Source: Candidatus Poribacteria bacterium (GTDB lineage: Bacteria; Poribacteria; WGA-4E; WGA-3G). Taken from it: a DNA stretch of 64,000 nt. The notes beneath the pieces were generated by a model. The model saw only the letters and a program-made list of their open reading frames with translations. It was not told where the DNA came from and did not search any database. Of this stretch, positions 10,624 through 20,589 are shown in pieces (the stretch's first letter is position 1; every line of letters begins with the position of its first letter). The stretch is taken from positions 1,280,001 through 1,344,000 of the forward strand of contig OZ244048.1 in assembly GCA_965215265.1 (NCBI GenBank), written 5' to 3'. The position numbers and the translations under genes were made by a program.

Positions 10624-12439
10624 TTAGATTGTCTTGAGTCTGCATTGTAGCGCCAGATTGGCGGCAAGCGTATCGGTTAGCGCGATATCTCGGCAGACAA
10701 ACACCGTCTCTTTTTCAAGCGGCAGCCGAACTATATCCGCAGGTGTGAGTTCGGCATCTAAACAGATGAGAAACGACTGCGCATCTCCCGGCGTGCTAAC
10801 CCGAACGACACGGTTTCTCTCAAGTCCTGCTACCCGTTCAAAAGTGCAGTTGAGGGGGTATCCCTCTTTGAGTGCGACTTCATAGAGCACATCCTCTTCC
10901 TGCCAGCCGGGGCGGAGGGGCTCCACGGTGTTCTCCAACTGTTGGATATAGATTTGCGGATCGTCGGTTTGGAGCGTCTCTTGTTCTCGATAGTTGGATG
11001 CTGCGAGTTTGAAGACGCGGAAGCCTGTGGGTGTGAGCATATTTTGACAGGCGCGGCGGATGCGTTCCTTACCGATTTGTGCGATGTCTTCAAACCCGGC
11101 GTTGCGTGCGGCAGATTTTTGGGGTGTGCGTTCAGGCAGCTGCACCATGATGAATTGGCGATTGCCGCCGTCTTCTTGATTGAGTTCCATAACCGCTTGT
11201 GCCGTCGTGCAGGAACCCGCAAAAAAATCTAAAATCAAATCGTCTGCGTCAGCCGCTATCTGCAAAAATAGTTTGATAAGTTTTACAGGTTTCGGATAAT
11301 CAAAAACGGATAGGTCTAATTTTTCTAAGTCACACCGCCCATCAGAGGTTAGTGCGATGTCAACCCATGAACGCGGCGTGAGTCCTTCTTTGTCTCTAAG
11401 AAACCTTTTCCTTTTTGGCTTTGAGTTACCGGTTTTACCCCACCAGATTAGATTTTCATTAACCAATTTTTGAAAATTTGATTTGGTATAGGTCCAGCAG
11501 CGTGTAAATTTTTTGTTTGTAGGCGAGACGATTTCATAAGTCCGTGTTGGATCGTTATCTCCAGTTCTCGTCAAGTCCGTTGAGGCCCATGGACCTCGGG
11601 GATCATTATCTGGGTTTTTGTATTCTGCCCGTTGTTTTTTTGTAAGTGGTTGAAATAATTGCCCAATATTTCCTACACTCCGAGCGTACATCAGAATATG
11701 TTCATGTTGTCTGAAAAATAATTTTGAATCAGCCCCGGCCCCAGCTTTTTTACGCCATACAAAACCGCCGATGAAATTTTCTTCGCCAAAGATTTCATTC
11801 ATCAAGAGGCGAAGATTATGCACTTCATGATCATCAATACTGACGAAGATGATACCGTCGTCCGTGAGCAGCTGGCGTGCTAGAAAGAGGCGCGGATACA
11901 TCATCGAGAGCCACGCGGAATGATAACGACCGCTGCGCTCCGGATTGCTGGTTAGCAGGTTGCCCTCGGCATCGCTCTGTCCTGACAGTTGGAGGTAGGT
12001 ATCTAACGGGTTAGCGTAGTTATCGGTGTAGACAAGGTCTTTGCCCGTGTTGTAGGGTGGATCAATGTAGATGGCTTTGATGCGTCCGAAATACGGTTTA
12101 TAGAGGAGTTTGAGGACTTCAAGGTTGTCGCCTTCAATGAAGAGGTTTGGGGTGTCCTTGAAGCGTAGCGATTCTTGTGTGGCTGGTTTTAAAGTTGCCT
12201 GGGTAGGTGTGCTGAGAATTCGGATGGCTTCGCGCTTACCTGCCCAATTGAAGTTATATCTCTCTGCGGTATCGGTTTGTTTCTGCTCTACCCCCCCCTT
12301 GATAATTGTTAAGTAAAGCGTTAAGTTTCTCGGTATCAAATGCGCCTTCGGACACACATTCAGGGAAGAGGGCCTTGAGTTCGCGGAGGCGTTCGTCATT
12401 TGCGGTGGTGGCAATGCTTTGGATTTTCTCTGTTTTCAT
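10624..12439 (-). CDS. mod: Type III DNA methyltransferase Mod, copy 1 (frameshifted at G8 tract 12291-12298)
   Basis: DPPY (motif IV) and DFFAGS (motif I) in beta-class order. The real N-terminus MKTEKIQS...LKALFPECVSEG (ORF 12254..12439) joins ORF 10624..12414 if the tract is G7 or G10 (~604 aa with G7). Confidence 0.9.
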
Positions 12440-12562
12440 CGGTGTGACTTTATGATTCGTCGACGCTATCTAGTGCAGCGTTAAGTTTTCGTAGTTTCAT
12501 AACTACAGCGGTGATTAGATTATCCGGATCGGACTGGATCCACTTTTGTGAACTGTTGTAGA

Positions 12563-12592
12563 ATTATAGCACAATTGCGGAAGGGAACGCAA
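12563..12592 (-). promoter_or_regulatory. Sigma70-type promoter upstream of mod copy 1
   Basis: TTGCGT-N18-TATAAT with TG extended -10 on the minus strand, in the spacer between the mod genes. Confidence 0.6.
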
Positions 12593-12620
12593 GGATAAAT
12601 CAAATTTAAAATGCCGTGTG

Positions 12621-14460
12621 TTAGATTGTCTTGAGTCTGCATTGTAGCGCCAGATTGGCGGCAAGCGTATCGGTTAGCGCGACATCTCGGCAGACAAACA
12701 CCGTCTCTTTTTCAAGCGGCAGCCGAACTATATCCGCAGGTGTGAGTTCGGCATCTAAACAGATGAGAAACGACTGCGCATCTCCCGGCGTGCTAACCCG
12801 AACGACACGGTTTCTCTCAAGTCCTGCTACCCGTTCAAAAGTGCAGTTGAGGGGGTATCCCTCTTTGAGTGCGACTTCATAGAGCACATCCTCTTCCTGC
12901 CAGCCGGGGCGGAGGGGCTCCACGGTGTTCTCCAACTGTTGGATATAGATTTGCGGATCGTCGGTTTGGAGTGTCTCTTGTTCCCGATAGTTGGATGCTG
13001 CGAGTTTGAAGACGCGGAAGCCTGTGGGGGTGAGCACATTTTGACAGGCGCGGCGGATGCGTTCCTTGCCGATTTGTGCGATGTCTTCAAACCCGGCGTT
13101 GCGTGCGGCAGATTTTTGGGGTGTGCGTTCAGGCAGCTGCACCATGATGAATTGGCGATTGCCGCCGTCTTCTTGATTGAGTTCCATAACTGCTTGTGCC
13201 GTCGTGCAGGAACCCGCAAAAAAATCTAAAACAATAGCATCCTTGTTCGCAATGAATTGGAGGAGGTGTTTGATTAAACCCACTGGCTTCGGATAATCGA
13301 ATATATGATATTCTTTAAATATTTCTCGTAGTTGTGTTCGCCCATCGCTGTTTCTTTCCACACCGGCTAAGAAACTTCGTAGAACTCTTTTAGATTCATT
13401 GAGGTAAAGTTTATATGCTATCTGCCATTCTTCGTTTTGATTTTTCATAAAAACAATCCTGCTATTTTCCTTGGCTTGAAGGAAACGTTTTTCTGACCAT
13501 CGCCACTTGTTCAGGACTGTTGAATTGTCAGGGCAGATGATTTCATACTGATGTCCCACATAACCGCCATATTGTTCTTGTGATTCAAATGGACGAGTTT
13601 TATAGGGGCCTAGCGTTGTATAATGCTCATCTTTCTCTGTATATGCCTCCTCCTCTTCTTGAGTTAAAGGTCGTCTTAATTTATCAATTGCTTGGAGATG
13701 TTTAGCGTAAGCGAGGATATATTCGTGGTCAGTCGCACAGTACTTAGCCTGATTCCCCGCCCCGCTGTGCCGCTGCCACACTAGCTGTTGCAGGCAATTT
13801 TCTTCGCCAAAAATTTCATTCATCAAAAGACGGAGATTGTGTACCTCATGATCATCAATACTGACGAAGATGATACCGTCATCTGTTAGCAGCTGACGTG
13901 CAAGGAAGAGGCGCGGATACATCATCGAGAGCCACGCAGAGTGATAACGACCGCTGCGCTCCGGATTGCTGGTTAGTAGGTTGCCCTCGGCATCGCTCTG
14001 TCCCGACAGTTGGAGGTAGGTATCTAACGGCTTGGCGTAGTTATCAGGGTAGACAAAGTCTGTGCCCGTGTTGTAGGGTGGATCAATGTAGATGGCTTTG
14101 ATGCGTCCGAAATACGGTTTATAGAGGAGTTTGAGGACTTCGAGGTTGTCGCCTTCAATGAAGAGGTTAGGGGTGTCCTTGAAGCGTAGCGATTCTTGTG
14201 TGGCTGGCTTTAAAGTGGCCTGGGTAGGTGCGCTGAGGATTCGGATGGCTTCGCGCTTACCTGCCCAATTGAAGTTATATCTCTCTGCGGTATCGGTTTG
14301 TTTCTGCTCTACCCCCCCCTTGATAATTGTTAAGTAAAGTGTTAAGTTTCTCGGTATCAAATGCGCCTTCGGACACACATTCAGGGAAGAGGGCCTTGAG
14401 TTGGAGGAGGCGTTCGTCGTTTGCGGTGGTGGTAATGCTTTGGATTTTCTCTGTTTTCAT
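12621..14460 (-). CDS. mod: Type III DNA methyltransferase Mod, copy 2 (frameshifted at G8 tract 14312-14319)
   Basis: Same motifs and same G8 frameshift as copy 1, but a different central TRD; ~612 aa with G7. Confidence 0.9.
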
Positions 14461-14512
14461 CGGTGTTACCTTATCAAGACAGCGTTATGCTGATGCGTAA
14501 GATCGCGCTACG

Positions 14513-15970
14513 TTACACTTCACTTGAGGAATCTGCTTTTTTATAAGCCTCCAGCTTCCGGTGTAATGTGCGCACGCCAATGTCCAGAATTTTCGCTGCC
14601 TCTGTTTTATTACCGTCGGTTTCTTCTAACGTTTTGCAGATAGCAGCCCTCTCGATTTCCGCCATTGTCATGCCAACCTGACCGATGTTTTCACTCCGCG
14701 GATCACGGAATGTTACCGGGACTGCTCCTGATTGTAAACCCTCGACCTGATTACCGCTCTGCTGTACAACATCAGTAGGCGAAAACGTCAAAAACTCTTC
14801 CGTACTCCCCTGTTCCAGCACCTTCGCAGCGGCTAAAATCACTTCTAATGTTTTACGGATAACCGCTGGTTCGATGTCGGCTGGTGCTTGAGCCCAGTTA
14901 GGAACCTCATCTGAAATCAAAATCGGCTCTTCGTTTGTCTGAAGGGCTTCGGAAAAATCTTTGTGTTCGAGCAGGCGGATGGCGGATAAGATAATCGCCA
15001 TTGTTGTCTGGTAGATGGTTTGTTCGAGTTCTGGGGGCTGCTTTTCAATAGGGCTTATCACCGTTGTCCCCGGTCCTCCTTGCGCCCGTGGAACTGCTGG
15101 AAGTAGCACCTTTGCCTCCTCATCTCTATCTGAAGATTCGGAAGGAACGAGTTCGGCTGCGGTCGAAAACGGGGCCATCGCTAACTCAGGTTCAAGAGCA
15201 AAATCTTTAAGTTCAAGGATGTCAGATGTCGCTAAGATGATAGCAGCTTCAACAGCATTTTTGAGTTGGCGAATATTACCGGGCCATGGTGCATTTTCGA
15301 GATAATTGAGTGCGTCAGGCGAGAGCCCCCGGATCGATCTCTCATATTTCGTGCTGAATTCTTTAATAAAAGTATGCACCAGCGGCGGAATATCTTCGCG
15401 CCGCTCACGAAGTGGCGGAATGTGAATGCGAAAGGAGTTCAGACGGTAGTAGAGGTCCTCCCTGAATTCCTGATTCTCAACCGAGCTGCTAAGTTCCTTG
15501 TTTGTGGCAGCCACGATGCGGACATCAACTTTAATATTCCGATCGCCCCCGAGTCGTGTAAATTCATGCGTCTCTAAAACGCGGAGAAACTTTACTTGTA
15601 CCTCAAGGGACATTTCCCCTACTTCATCAAGCAGGAGCGTGCTCCCATCTGCCTGTTCAAACACCCCGCGCCGTTGCGCCACCGCCCCCGTATACGCACC
15701 CCTTTCATGCCCAAAAAGTTCACTCTGTAGCAGTTCATTGTTGTTGAACGTACTACAGTTGATAGCTTTAAAGGGCCTCTCTTTGCGCGGACTCGCGTCA
15801 TGAATGGCTTGCGCAATAACCTCTTTGCCGACACCCGTTTCGCCGGTGATGAGAACCGTCGCTTTCGTCGGGGCAACCTTGCGGATGAACCGAAAAATCT
15901 CCCGCATCGCTTTTGAGGTACCGATAATCGGTTGTGAATTACCACCAATAAGGTGCGTTTGAAGATTCAT
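14513..15970 (-). CDS. Sigma54-dependent enhancer-binding protein (AAA+ plus Fis HTH, no N-terminal sensor domain)
   Basis: GETGVGKE, ELFGHERGAYTGA, LLDEVGEM, FREDLYYRL, WPGNIRQL, C-terminal GNKTEAAKILDI HTH. Confidence 0.92.
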   Translation of the reverse strand: MNLQTHLIGGNSQPIIGTSKAMREIFRFIRKVAPTKATVLITGETGVGKEVIAQAIHDASPRKERPFKAINCSTFNNNELLQSELFGHERGAYTGAVAQRRGVFEQADGSTLLLDEVGEMSLEVQVKFLRVLETHEFTRLGGDRNIKVDVRIVAATNKELSSSVENQEFREDLYYRLNSFRIHIPPLRERREDIPPLVHTFIKEFSTKYERSIRGLSPDALNYLENAPWPGNIRQLKNAVEAAIILATSDILELKDFALEPELAMAPFSTAAELVPSESSDRDEEAKVLLPAVPRAQGGPGTTVISPIEKQPPELEQTIYQTTMAIILSAIRLLEHKDFSEALQTNEEPILISDEVPNWAQAPADIEPAVIRKTLEVILAAAKVLEQGSTEEFLTFSPTDVVQQSGNQVEGLQSGAVPVTFRDPRSENIGQVGMTMAEIERAAICKTLEETDGNKTEAAKILDIGVRTLHRKLEAYKKADSSSEV

Positions 15971-15990
15971 ACGAGTTCCCTATATATTTG

Positions 15991-16749
15991 TTAAAGAGAT
16001 GACGCTGCTGCTTCTAAGTGAGTGCCGAGGACAATCTCAACAAGTCGTTCTGGATGCTGCGTGACCTGCTCAAAAACGTGAAAACCTTCACGACATGCTG
16101 CGGCACATAATTTTTTGAAGATGAGCGCTTTCAGGGCCCAATTGCTAGTTTTCAGACTGTCACGCAACGCCTTCCCTGTTTCAATAACGTGAACATTCAG
16201 TAAATCATCAGCAATCAGATACCTGTGTCTCCGAGCAATGAGGAAAATCAAGGTTGCTGCATGTTGCCGCTCAAAAGCGTGCTCAAATATCCAAATGTCT
16301 TCTTGCCTCAAGAGCGACAAAACAAGGTTATACCTGCTAATTAAAGCAGTGAGGAATTCGGGAATTTTATGCTCGCCGAGCAGAGTCGGACGCGACGGAA
16401 TATTAAAAGGGACGATAACGTCATGCTCACTGGTCAGGCGTTCGCTGTCTATAACCCGTGGATGATTCCACGGGAAATACCAATCAACCCTTGTTTTTCC
16501 ATAATCCGCGTGCCCCCGAACCTGTTTTAAGCCTTCCCTGATTAACTTGGCCTGCGGTCCTTTAAACATCTCGCCTGCACGGGCACTGTAATCCCGGTCC
16601 TCATGATACCAGCCTTCCGCGTTGTAACCGCTCAGCTCCTTTTTTCTACGTGCGAGCCGCTTATATGAACAGTAATCTGCTTCTCGCAGCAGGTTATCGG
16701 GGGTATGTTTCTGCCGCTTTGTGTAAGAACTCAACACCAATATCTTCAC
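15991..16749 (-). CDS. Hypothetical protein (weak resemblance to DUF6884-like proteins)
   Basis: 252-aa ORF with GTG start 3 nt after the secF stop; N-terminal KILVLSSYTKRQ and A.EMFKG...IREG. Confidence 0.6.
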   Translation of the reverse strand: MKILVLSSYTKRQKHTPDNLLREADYCSYKRLARRKKELSGYNAEGWYHEDRDYSARAGEMFKGPQAKLIREGLKQVRGHADYGKTRVDWYFPWNHPRVIDSERLTSEHDVIVPFNIPSRPTLLGEHKIPEFLTALISRYNLVLSLLRQEDIWIFEHAFERQHAATLIFLIARRHRYLIADDLLNVHVIETGKALRDSLKTSNWALKALIFKKLCAAACREGFHVFEQVTQHPERLVEIVLGTHLEAAASSL

Positions 16750-16752
16750 ATA

Positions 16753-17919
16753 CTAAGCCTCTTGTTGCTGGCGCGTTCGGTTCCACAGATACAGAATCGG
16801 GCTGGCGATGAACACTGATGAGTAGGTACCTACCATCACTCCAACGATAAGCGCTAAGGCGAACGTGTTAATTTCCTCTCCTGTACTCGACAGCAAGAAG
16901 ATAACCAGCACAACAAATAACGTAGTCAACGACGTTATGACTGTACGACTCAGCGATTGATTGATGCTCCGGTTAAGTACCTCTATATAGGGCACACCGC
17001 GCAACGTACCTAGGTTTTCACGAATGCGGTCGAATACCACAATCGTATCATTAAGCGAGTACCCGATAATGGTTAGAAACGCAGCCACAGTGGGTAGGTT
17101 AATCTCTTTTGACAGCACGGCGAAGATGCCTAATGTAATCAGAACGTCGTGGACGAGCGCTGCAATTGCCCCGACGGCGAAACGGAGCTCAAACCGCCAC
17201 GAAATATAGACTAGTAAGATCACGATCGACCAGAGCACGGACCAGAGCGCTGCCCATTTTAAATCGCGCCCGACACTCGGACCTACCTCGGAAACGTTCA
17301 CCCCACTCGGCAAGGCCTGCCATCCTTCACCGCCTTCGAGCAGCGCATCCGTCAGAATTCTACCGATGCTTGCCTGGATTTGGAGTGTTGCGTTTTCGCT
17401 GGCATCAATTCCGAGTCCCTCTGCGAAGGTGAGTTGGAGTGCTGTTCCATCTGCTATCGGTTCCAGTGCACTAATCTGAACCCGTCTTTGTAAATCGCCA
17501 TCAACTAGCTGCACCGTGTCACCGACTTCCAAAAGATGAACTTTCTCTGCACTACTACTCACCTGAAGCATCGTCGCCGTGGAATCCCCCGGATCACCCA
17601 AGAGCGGAATGTCAATCAGTTGTTGTTGAAACTCTGGGCGATGTCCCATAGAGATGGTCGCTTCGTTTTCGCTTGGATCCAATTGAATTTTCGCCCGGTC
17701 GTAACCTAAGGCTGCCAGTTTCGTTTGCAGCTCCGATTCTGTTACCGTTCTATTGAATTTCGCCCGGATTTTCACACCACCACGAAAGTCTATTCCAAAA
17801 TTCGGTCCTTGATGGATGACAAGGAAAATCACTCCGATAACAATGAGTGTGCCGGAAAATAGAAATCCGGTGCGGTGTTTGTTGATAAAATCGAAATTTG
17901 TATTTTTCAGTAATTCCAA
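16753..17919 (-). CDS. secF: Protein translocase subunit SecF
   Basis: NFGIDFRGG, VGPSVG, HDVLIT, GYSLNDTIVVFDRIRE. Confidence 0.96.
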   Translation of the reverse strand: MELLKNTNFDFINKHRTGFLFSGTLIVIGVIFLVIHQGPNFGIDFRGGVKIRAKFNRTVTESELQTKLAALGYDRAKIQLDPSENEATISMGHRPEFQQQLIDIPLLGDPGDSTATMLQVSSSAEKVHLLEVGDTVQLVDGDLQRRVQISALEPIADGTALQLTFAEGLGIDASENATLQIQASIGRILTDALLEGGEGWQALPSGVNVSEVGPSVGRDLKWAALWSVLWSIVILLVYISWRFELRFAVGAIAALVHDVLITLGIFAVLSKEINLPTVAAFLTIIGYSLNDTIVVFDRIRENLGTLRGVPYIEVLNRSINQSLSRTVITSLTTLFVVLVIFLLSSTGEEINTFALALIVGVMVGTYSSVFIASPILYLWNRTRQQQEA

Positions 17920-17953
17920 TGCTCTGTCCTTGTTTTTCGGGAATCCTGCTTCC

Positions 17954-19912
17954 CTATATGCTTAGTTTTTCCACTTTCCTGTTCCCAATTGCTAAGCCGT
18001 AGATTTCTCTAGTGACAATAATCGCCGTGAACATACTGGCGAGAATACCTATACCGAGTGTAATCGCGAACCCCTTGATAGGCCCAGTACCGAAATGATA
18101 CAGCACGAGTGCCGTAAAAAATGTCGTCAGATTCGCATCCAAAATCGTCAGAAACGCACGTTGATAGCCGTTGGTAATCGCGTCCCAGACCAGCTTCCCC
18201 GAACGCAACTCCTCCCGAATCCGCTCGAAGATGAGGACGTTAGCATCAACAGACATCCCGATAGTCAGTACCAGGCCTGCTATGCCGGGAAGTGTTAGCG
18301 CTGCACCGAAACCTGCCAAGGCACCCAGAATAATCAGCATATTAAACACAAGGGCAATAATCGCAATGAGTCCAGATAGCCTATAGTAAAATAGCATAAA
18401 TAATAGGACAACACCCAGGCCGATCACGGCAGCGGTAATTCCGTCGTCAATAGATTCCTGACCCAAGGTCGGCCCCACAGTCCGCTCTTCAGCAATTTGG
18501 ACGCCGACGGGAAAAGCACCTGCCTTCAGAATGTTCGACAGATAGCTCGCCTCATCAAACGTGAAATTTCCTTCAATTATCGCATTCCCGACAATCTGGT
18601 CTTGGATAATAGGCGCAGATTGAATTTTGCCATCAAGAAGAATCGCTAAATGTTCACCAACGTGGTTCCCTGTAATCTCAGCAAACTTACGGGTACCGCT
18701 GCTATCAAAACTCATTGAGACGACAATGTCAAAACTAGTTCTCCCTGCCGACGGCCTCGCGTCTGTAATCCGGTCGCCAGTTAATAAAATAGGACTTTGC
18801 AAAACATACCAGTCGCCAGTTTCATAATGATACCCGATTTCACTCCCATCAGGAATTGTGTCTGGCGGTGCACTATCAGCTCTGCCGCTCCATAAACTCC
18901 CACCTGTCGGGGATTTTTCCACTACCTTAAATTCTAAACGCCCCATCGTCCTCACAATTTGGAGCGGTGCTGAAGAGTCTTTCGCACCGGGTAATTCGAC
19001 AATGATGCGCGGACTATTCGCCTCACGCCGGATAGATGGTTCGGAAACGCCGAACGCATCAACACGATTCCGCAAAACGATAAGGACCTGTTCAATAGCC
19101 TGCTCGCTATATTTCTCAATACCAGACTCGCCCAACCGCACTTGATAGGTGACTTGCGTTCCGGAATCCGCAATTACGGTTGTATCTTCAAAAAAATCTA
19201 ACTCGTTTAGCAGCTGCTCTGCTTTCTTCAGGTATGTCTGCTTGCCTGCAGCATCTGACCGGAGACGCGAAGGGATACCTACGAACACCTTCAATGCACC
19301 TTCGGCAGTTACTGGTTCCACGTCCCTGCATAACACCTCTTCTGCTCTCAACGTCTCTGGAATCGAGAGCCTATGTTCGCGGAGCAGCTCCCGCTTTGAG
19401 GTCTCTAAATCTACCTCAAGCACCAGATGAACTCCACCCTTCAAATCTAAGCCTAACTTTAAACGGTTATCCGGTAGCAGTCGCCGCAGCATTGTGGGAA
19501 GGCTGCCATATAGGTGTAAGTTTTCCAGCGTTTCGTGCGGGGTTTCCCGGGCTCCATCCGAGAGGAGCCGGACATAAAATTCATGAACCTCGGTCGTATC
19601 AAATTGATAATCAACGTTCTCTTCAAATTCAAGTTTGTTCAAATGAACTCGGAAAACATCTTCCAGATTATGAATCGCGTCCTGAAAGTTAATGCCCTCA
19701 GGATAGGTAACTTCTGATAGGTCCACCTTGAAAGCAACAGTGTCATCCTCTTCACTTATCTCAAAATTCGGCAGTTTTTCCTGCATCCAAAGCGGTAGAT
19801 TGCCATACAAAGGATTGTAGAGGCCATCCGGTGTCGGAATAAGATATAGGGCTGCAAACAGAAAAACCCCGATAATTAAAACAATTTTCCAGATATTGAA
19901 TGTATACATCAA
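17954..19912 (-). CDS. secD: Protein translocase subunit SecD
   Basis: LGLDLKGG, RNRVDAFGVSEP, VGPTLG, GMSVDANVLIFERIREE. Confidence 0.96.
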   Translation of the reverse strand: MMYTFNIWKIVLIIGVFLFAALYLIPTPDGLYNPLYGNLPLWMQEKLPNFEISEEDDTVAFKVDLSEVTYPEGINFQDAIHNLEDVFRVHLNKLEFEENVDYQFDTTEVHEFYVRLLSDGARETPHETLENLHLYGSLPTMLRRLLPDNRLKLGLDLKGGVHLVLEVDLETSKRELLREHRLSIPETLRAEEVLCRDVEPVTAEGALKVFVGIPSRLRSDAAGKQTYLKKAEQLLNELDFFEDTTVIADSGTQVTYQVRLGESGIEKYSEQAIEQVLIVLRNRVDAFGVSEPSIRREANSPRIIVELPGAKDSSAPLQIVRTMGRLEFKVVEKSPTGGSLWSGRADSAPPDTIPDGSEIGYHYETGDWYVLQSPILLTGDRITDARPSAGRTSFDIVVSMSFDSSGTRKFAEITGNHVGEHLAILLDGKIQSAPIIQDQIVGNAIIEGNFTFDEASYLSNILKAGAFPVGVQIAEERTVGPTLGQESIDDGITAAVIGLGVVLLFMLFYYRLSGLIAIIALVFNMLIILGALAGFGAALTLPGIAGLVLTIGMSVDANVLIFERIREELRSGKLVWDAITNGYQRAFLTILDANLTTFFTALVLYHFGTGPIKGFAITLGIGILASMFTAIIVTREIYGLAIGNRKVEKLSI

Positions 19913-19937
19913 TTCTTCCTATACTGAAACGATTATG

Positions 19938-20010
19938 CGCGCCTGGGAGGAATCGAACCCCCGACACGAGGCTTAGGAAGCCCCTGCTCTATCCGCTGAG
20001 CTACAGGCGC
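19938..20010 (-). tRNA. tRNA-Arg (anticodon CCU), CCA not encoded
   Basis: GCGCCTGTAGCTCAGCGGATAGAGCAGGGGCTTCCTAAGCCTCGTGTCGGGGGTTCGATTCCTCCCAGGCGCG folds as a cloverleaf with acceptor GCGCCTG/CAGGCGC, T-loop GTTCGATT and anticodon CCT. Confidence 0.95.
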
Positions 20011-20036
20011 ATGTATTTCTGTCTATAAAGCAGTAC

Positions 20037-20588
20037 TTAAAATTCAAGAAGCGAGAAAACCACATCCGTGCTCAACTTGGCTCGCCCGTTGAGTGCTGTC
20101 AACTCAATTAACAACGCCACCCCCACTAATTCACCCTCCAGTTTCTTGACGAGTTCGATCGACGCAGCAAGCGTACCGCCTGTTGCCAACACATCGTCAC
20201 AGATGAGAACCCGGCTCTGCTTCGGAAACGCATCTTGGTGAATGGCAAGCGTATCCGTCCCATACTCCAAGTCGTAACTAACTTCGTGCGTTTCCCACGG
20301 CAGCTTCCCTTTTTTACGGATTGGCACAAAACCAACCCCTAACCGGTATGCCAAAGCACCGGCGAGAATGAAGCCGCGCGCATCAATGCCAACAATCACG
20401 TCGATCGCATGAGATTCATACGCCGCCGCCAATACCTCAATGGCATCACGAAGTGCCGTTTTATTTCCTAAAAGCGGCGTAATGTCTTTGAATAAGATAC
20501 CAGGCTCCGGAAAATCAGGAACATTCCGAATAAATTGTGAAACCGTCTTACAAACTGAGAGTCTATCTGAGAAATCTGGCATACGCAT
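20037..20588 (-). CDS. apt: Adenine phosphoribosyltransferase
   Basis: PDFPEPGILFKDITPLL, DARGF, RKKGKLP, YDLEYG, DDVLATGGT. Confidence 0.95.
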   Translation of the reverse strand: MRMPDFSDRLSVCKTVSQFIRNVPDFPEPGILFKDITPLLGNKTALRDAIEVLAAAYESHAIDVIVGIDARGFILAGALAYRLGVGFVPIRKKGKLPWETHEVSYDLEYGTDTLAIHQDAFPKQSRVLICDDVLATGGTLAASIELVKKLEGELVGVALLIELTALNGRAKLSTDVVFSLLEF

Positions 20589-20589
20589 T

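Larger units (their letters stand above)
10614..14466. repeat. Tandem mod duplication: ~621-bp and ~670-bp near-identical direct repeats flanking two unrelated TRDs
   Basis: 10614..11234 matches 12611..13231 and 11775..12445 matches 13796..14466. TRDs 11235..11774 and 13232..13795 are highly divergent and more AT-rich. Confidence 0.92.

Noticed and set aside
19938-20010. tRNA-Arg as an island integration site
   Set aside because: I saw no duplicated tRNA 3' end and no integrase; the flanks are the core genes secD and apt.
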